From Bacillota bacterium (GTDB lineage: Bacteria; Bacillota; Limnochordia; DTU087): a stretch of DNA of 64,000 bases. Below, one piece after another: positions 61,059 through 64,000 of the stretch (its first letter is position 1; the number at the start of each line of letters is the position of its first letter). The DNA lies in NCBI GenBank assembly GCA_012519025.1, contig JAAYQZ010000040.1, forward strand, positions 5,294-69,293. Direction: 5' to 3'. The notes under the pieces are model-generated. The model did no database searches. It saw only the letters and a list, made by a program, of their open reading frames with translations, and was not told the origin of the DNA. The position numbers and the translations under genes are program-made.

Positions 61059-63128
61059 TTAGATTGTAGTCATCAGTTCTTCGGCGATGCTGACGGGAAC
61101 ATTATCATAATGGCTGAATGTCATCACATAAGTGGCACGCCCTTGGGTCATGGAACGCAGATCAGTTGCATACCCAAACATTTCTCTAAGGGGCACCATA
61201 GCCTGTATCAACTGTGCCGGTCCCCGGGCTTCCATGCCTTCAACTTTACCGCGACGGGCATTCAGATTCCCCAACACATCACCGAGGAATTCCTCCGGTG
61301 TGACTACTTCCACCTTCATGATGGGCTCCAATAAAACCGGTTCAGCTTTTCTAATACCCTCTCTGACACCGAGAGAGCCGGCAATTTTAAACGCAATCTC
61401 CGAGGAGTCCACTTCATGGTAAGAACCATCTACAGCAGCTACCTTTACATCTACAACCGGGTAGCCTGCCAGGACACCGCTCATAACAGCTTCTTTTACT
61501 CCGGCTTCAACAGCAGGTATAAATTCCCGCGGGATTACGCCGCCGACTATCTTGCTTTCGAATTCAAAGCCGGAACCTCGTTCACCGGGCTCGATTTCCA
61601 AAACCACATGCCCATACTGGCCGCGGCCGCCGCTTTGGCGAACAAATCGGCCTTCTGAACGAACAGCTTTTGTGATGCTTTCTCTGTAAGCAACTTGAGG
61701 CTGACCAACATTAGCCTGGACGTTAAATTCCCGAAGCATGCGATCAACAATAACCTCTAGATGCAGTTCTCCCATTCCCGAGATAATAGTTTGGCCGGTT
61801 TCCTCATCGCTTCGCACCTGAAACGTGGGATCTTCCTCTGCCAATCTCTGCAGCCCAATGGTCAGTCGATCCTGATCAGCTTTGGTTTTGGGTTCAATTG
61901 CCCTGTCAATGACAGGCTCGGGAAATACTAGAGATTCCAGTACAACGGGCTCTTCCTCTGTGCAGAGAGTGTCACCGGTTACGGTATTCCTCAACCCGAC
62001 AGCAGCCGCTATTTCACCACTGTATACAACATCACGTTCTTCACGGTGGTTGGCATGCATCTGCAAAATGCGCCCCACACGTTCTCTTCTGCCCTTGGTA
62101 GAGTTGTATACATAAGAGCCAGCCTTTAAAGTACCTGAATACACCCTAAAAAACGCCAATTTCCCGACATACGGGTCTGTCATGATCTTAAAAGCCAAAG
62201 CACTAAATGGAGCATCATCAGTCAACTCCCTGGAAATCGGCTCTTCCGTTTCAAGGTGGGTTCCTGTAACCGGCGGCAAATCGCTGGGGGCGGGCAGATA
62301 CCGCACCACAGCATCCAGCAGTGGCTGAACTCCTTTGTTTTTAAAGGAGGAGCCGCACAATACAGGTACGATTTTAGCTGATACAGTGCCCTTCCGCAAG
62401 ATCGAATGTATCTCTTCGGTGGAAATCTCTTCACCCTCAAGATACTTCATCATAAAATCTTCGTCAATCTCCGCCAAGGCTTCGATTAATTCTTCTCTGG
62501 CAGCTTCAACCTCATCCATCATCTCAGATGGAATCTCAGTATTCTCTCCATGGGTCCCCAGATCATCGATATAGCGGATTGCTTCCAGCTCCACCAAATC
62601 CACCATACCGATGAACTGATCCTCCGCGCCGATGGGCAACTGGATGGGAAGTGCGCTTGCACCCAAACGCTCCCGCATCATTTTCACCACTAGGGCAAAA
62701 TTGGCTCCGGTCCGATCCATTTTATTTACATAAGCAATGCGCGGCACTTTATAACCGTCCGCCTGTCGCCACACGGTCTCCGACTGCGGCTCAACGCCCC
62801 CTACGGAGCAGAAAACAGATACCGCACCATCCAAAACTCGCAAAGACCGCTCTACCTCAACTGTGAAGTCCACGTGTCCAGGCGTATCAATAATATTAAT
62901 ACGATGTTCTTTCCAATGACACGTAGTAGCAGCTGAAGTAATAGTAATACCCCGCTCCCGTTCTTGGACCATCCAGTCCATGGTAGCGGCACCATCATGG
63001 ACCTCACCGATTTTATGGACACGACCTGTGTAAAACAAAATACGCTCTGTCGTTGTGGTCTTGCCCGCGTCAATGTGAGCCATTATTCCTATATTTCTTG
63101 TCTTGTCTATGGGATAATCCCGAGCCAC
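61059..63128 (-). CDS. fusA: Elongation factor G
   Basis: [30 protein letters not shown]; GTG follows GGGAGG. Confidence 0.99.
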   Translation of the reverse strand: MARDYPIDKTRNIGIMAHIDAGKTTTTERILFYTGRVHKIGEVHDGAATMDWMVQERERGITITSAATTCHWKEHRINIIDTPGHVDFTVEVERSLRVLDGAVSVFCSVGGVEPQSETVWRQADGYKVPRIAYVNKMDRTGANFALVVKMMRERLGASALPIQLPIGAEDQFIGMVDLVELEAIRYIDDLGTHGENTEIPSEMMDEVEAAREELIEALAEIDEDFMMKYLEGEEISTEEIHSILRKGTVSAKIVPVLCGSSFKNKGVQPLLDAVVRYLPAPSDLPPVTGTHLETEEPISRELTDDAPFSALAFKIMTDPYVGKLAFFRVYSGTLKAGSYVYNSTKGRRERVGRILQMHANHREERDVVYSGEIAAAVGLRNTVTGDTLCTEEEPVVLESLVFPEPVIDRAIEPKTKADQDRLTIGLQRLAEEDPTFQVRSDEETGQTIISGMGELHLEVIVDRMLREFNVQANVGQPQVAYRESITKAVRSEGRFVRQSGGRGQYGHVVLEIEPGERGSGFEFESKIVGGVIPREFIPAVEAGVKEAVMSGVLAGYPVVDVKVAAVDGSYHEVDSSEIAFKIAGSLGVREGIRKAEPVLLEPIMKVEVVTPEEFLGDVLGNLNARRGKVEGMEARGPAQLIQAMVPLREMFGYATDLRSMTQGRATYVMTFSHYDNVPVSIAEELMTTI

Positions 63129-63211
63129 TCTATAAGCCTCCCAACCGGTTCGTACGGCAATCTTAGATCCCATCGTTCCATGGAGTTACCAGATTATCGT
63201 TAAAATAACAT

Positions 63212-63682
63212 TTACCAGCGATAATGTGCAAACGCCTTATTGGCTTCTGCCATTCGATGCAAATCTTCTTTTCTTCTGACGGCACCACCCGTATTGTTGG
63301 CGGCGTCCATCAGTTCGGCGGCCAATCTGTTGGCCATAGTTTTCTCTCCACGCTCCCTAGCAAACAGCACAAGCCATCTTAAAGCCAGGGAACGGCGCCG
63401 CTCAGGCCTTACTTCTACCGGCACCTGGTAGGTGGCACCTCCTACTCGGCGGGCCCTTACCTCCAGCACCGGCATGATGTTTTTGAGCGCCTCTTCCAAA
63501 ACTTCCATTGGGTCCTTGTCGGCCTTTGCTCTGACCTCATCAAGGGCACCATAGACAATTCGTTCAGCCACGCTCTTCTTGCCGTCCAACATGACTGTAT
63601 TAGTTAAGCGAGCTACCAATTCACTTTCATACATTGGGTCTGCTAGAATATCCCGCTTAGGCACGTAACCTCTTCTTGGCAT
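63212..63682 (-). CDS. rpsG: 30S ribosomal protein S7
   Basis: [28 protein letters not shown]. Confidence 0.99.
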   Translation of the reverse strand: MPRRGYVPKRDILADPMYESELVARLTNTVMLDGKKSVAERIVYGALDEVRAKADKDPMEVLEEALKNIMPVLEVRARRVGGATYQVPVEVRPERRRSLALRWLVLFARERGEKTMANRLAAELMDAANNTGGAVRRKEDLHRMAEANKAFAHYRW

Positions 63683-63734
63683 TAGTTCCCCCCCTTTGCC
63701 GTTGGGTAATGGTATGGATATAAATTCTCAAATT

Positions 63735-64000
63735 CTATGAAGGCCGCTTAGTTCCATACTTAGAGCGAGCCTGTCTGCGATCTTCTACCCCGGCCGCGTC
63801 CAAAGTCCCTCTGATGACGTGGTATCTAACACCGGGCAAGTCCTTAATCTTGCCGCCACGGATCAATACCACCGAGTGCTCTTGGAGGTTGTGACCTTCA
63901 CCAGGTATATAAGATGTGACCTCTATGCCGTTTGTGAGGCGCACACGTGCAACCTTCCGCAAGGCTGAGTTGGGTTTTTTTGGTGTATGAGTGTACACTC
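63735..64000 (-). CDS. rpsL: 30S ribosomal protein S12 (5' end beyond the window)
   Basis: [27 protein letters not shown]. Confidence 0.99.
   Translation of the reverse strand, partial: VYTHTPKKPNSALRKVARVRLTNGIEVTSYIPGEGHNLQEHSVVLIRGGKIKDLPGVRYHVIRGTLDAAGVEDRRQARSKYGTKRPS

Noticed and set aside
1-64000. CRISPR array, IS, integrase, prophage, tRNA or rRNA
   Set aside because: No spaced direct repeats, transposase, recombinase or phage ORFs, or cloverleaf/rRNA signatures were seen; intergenic gaps are all short

Overview
A 64 kb chromosomal window from a Bacillota (Firmicutes) genome. The assignment rests on degS-degU, comFA, an ECF module, THF and SAM-I riboswitches, Gram-positive-type LexA boxes, and rpsD inside the alpha operon as in Clostridia. 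A Cys-free MetQ hints at a diderm lineage (inference). The right 24 kb (about 39.9-64 kb, minus strand) is the str-S10-spc-alpha ribosomal superoperon followed by ecfA1A2T-truA-rplM-rpsI. It lacks adk, rpmJ apparently starts with ATA, and EF-Tu carries a 4-Cys insert. The left 40 kb is mixed housekeeping and accessory: folT, sugar kinases, a degS-degU-DUF192-LuxR-recD2-comFA-PilZ cluster, metNIQ/mtnP, nanA plus a BNR protein, tex, lepB, a class A PBP and lplA-lpdA-eda. The best candidate for a little-described system is an ImuA-less mutasome at 25.4-31.4 kb. It has a promoter with tandem LexA boxes, a catalytically dead Y-family polymerase with clamp and RecA-like motifs, a stand-alone ImuB-C-like protein, and a DnaE2-type polymerase, and it is interrupted by an antisense trpS. 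Also seen: a recurring SigH-type promoter motif in about ten upstream regions and an unexplained structured leader before lepB. No tRNA, rRNA, CRISPR array or mobile element was found. All calls come from reading motifs by eye; no database search was run.
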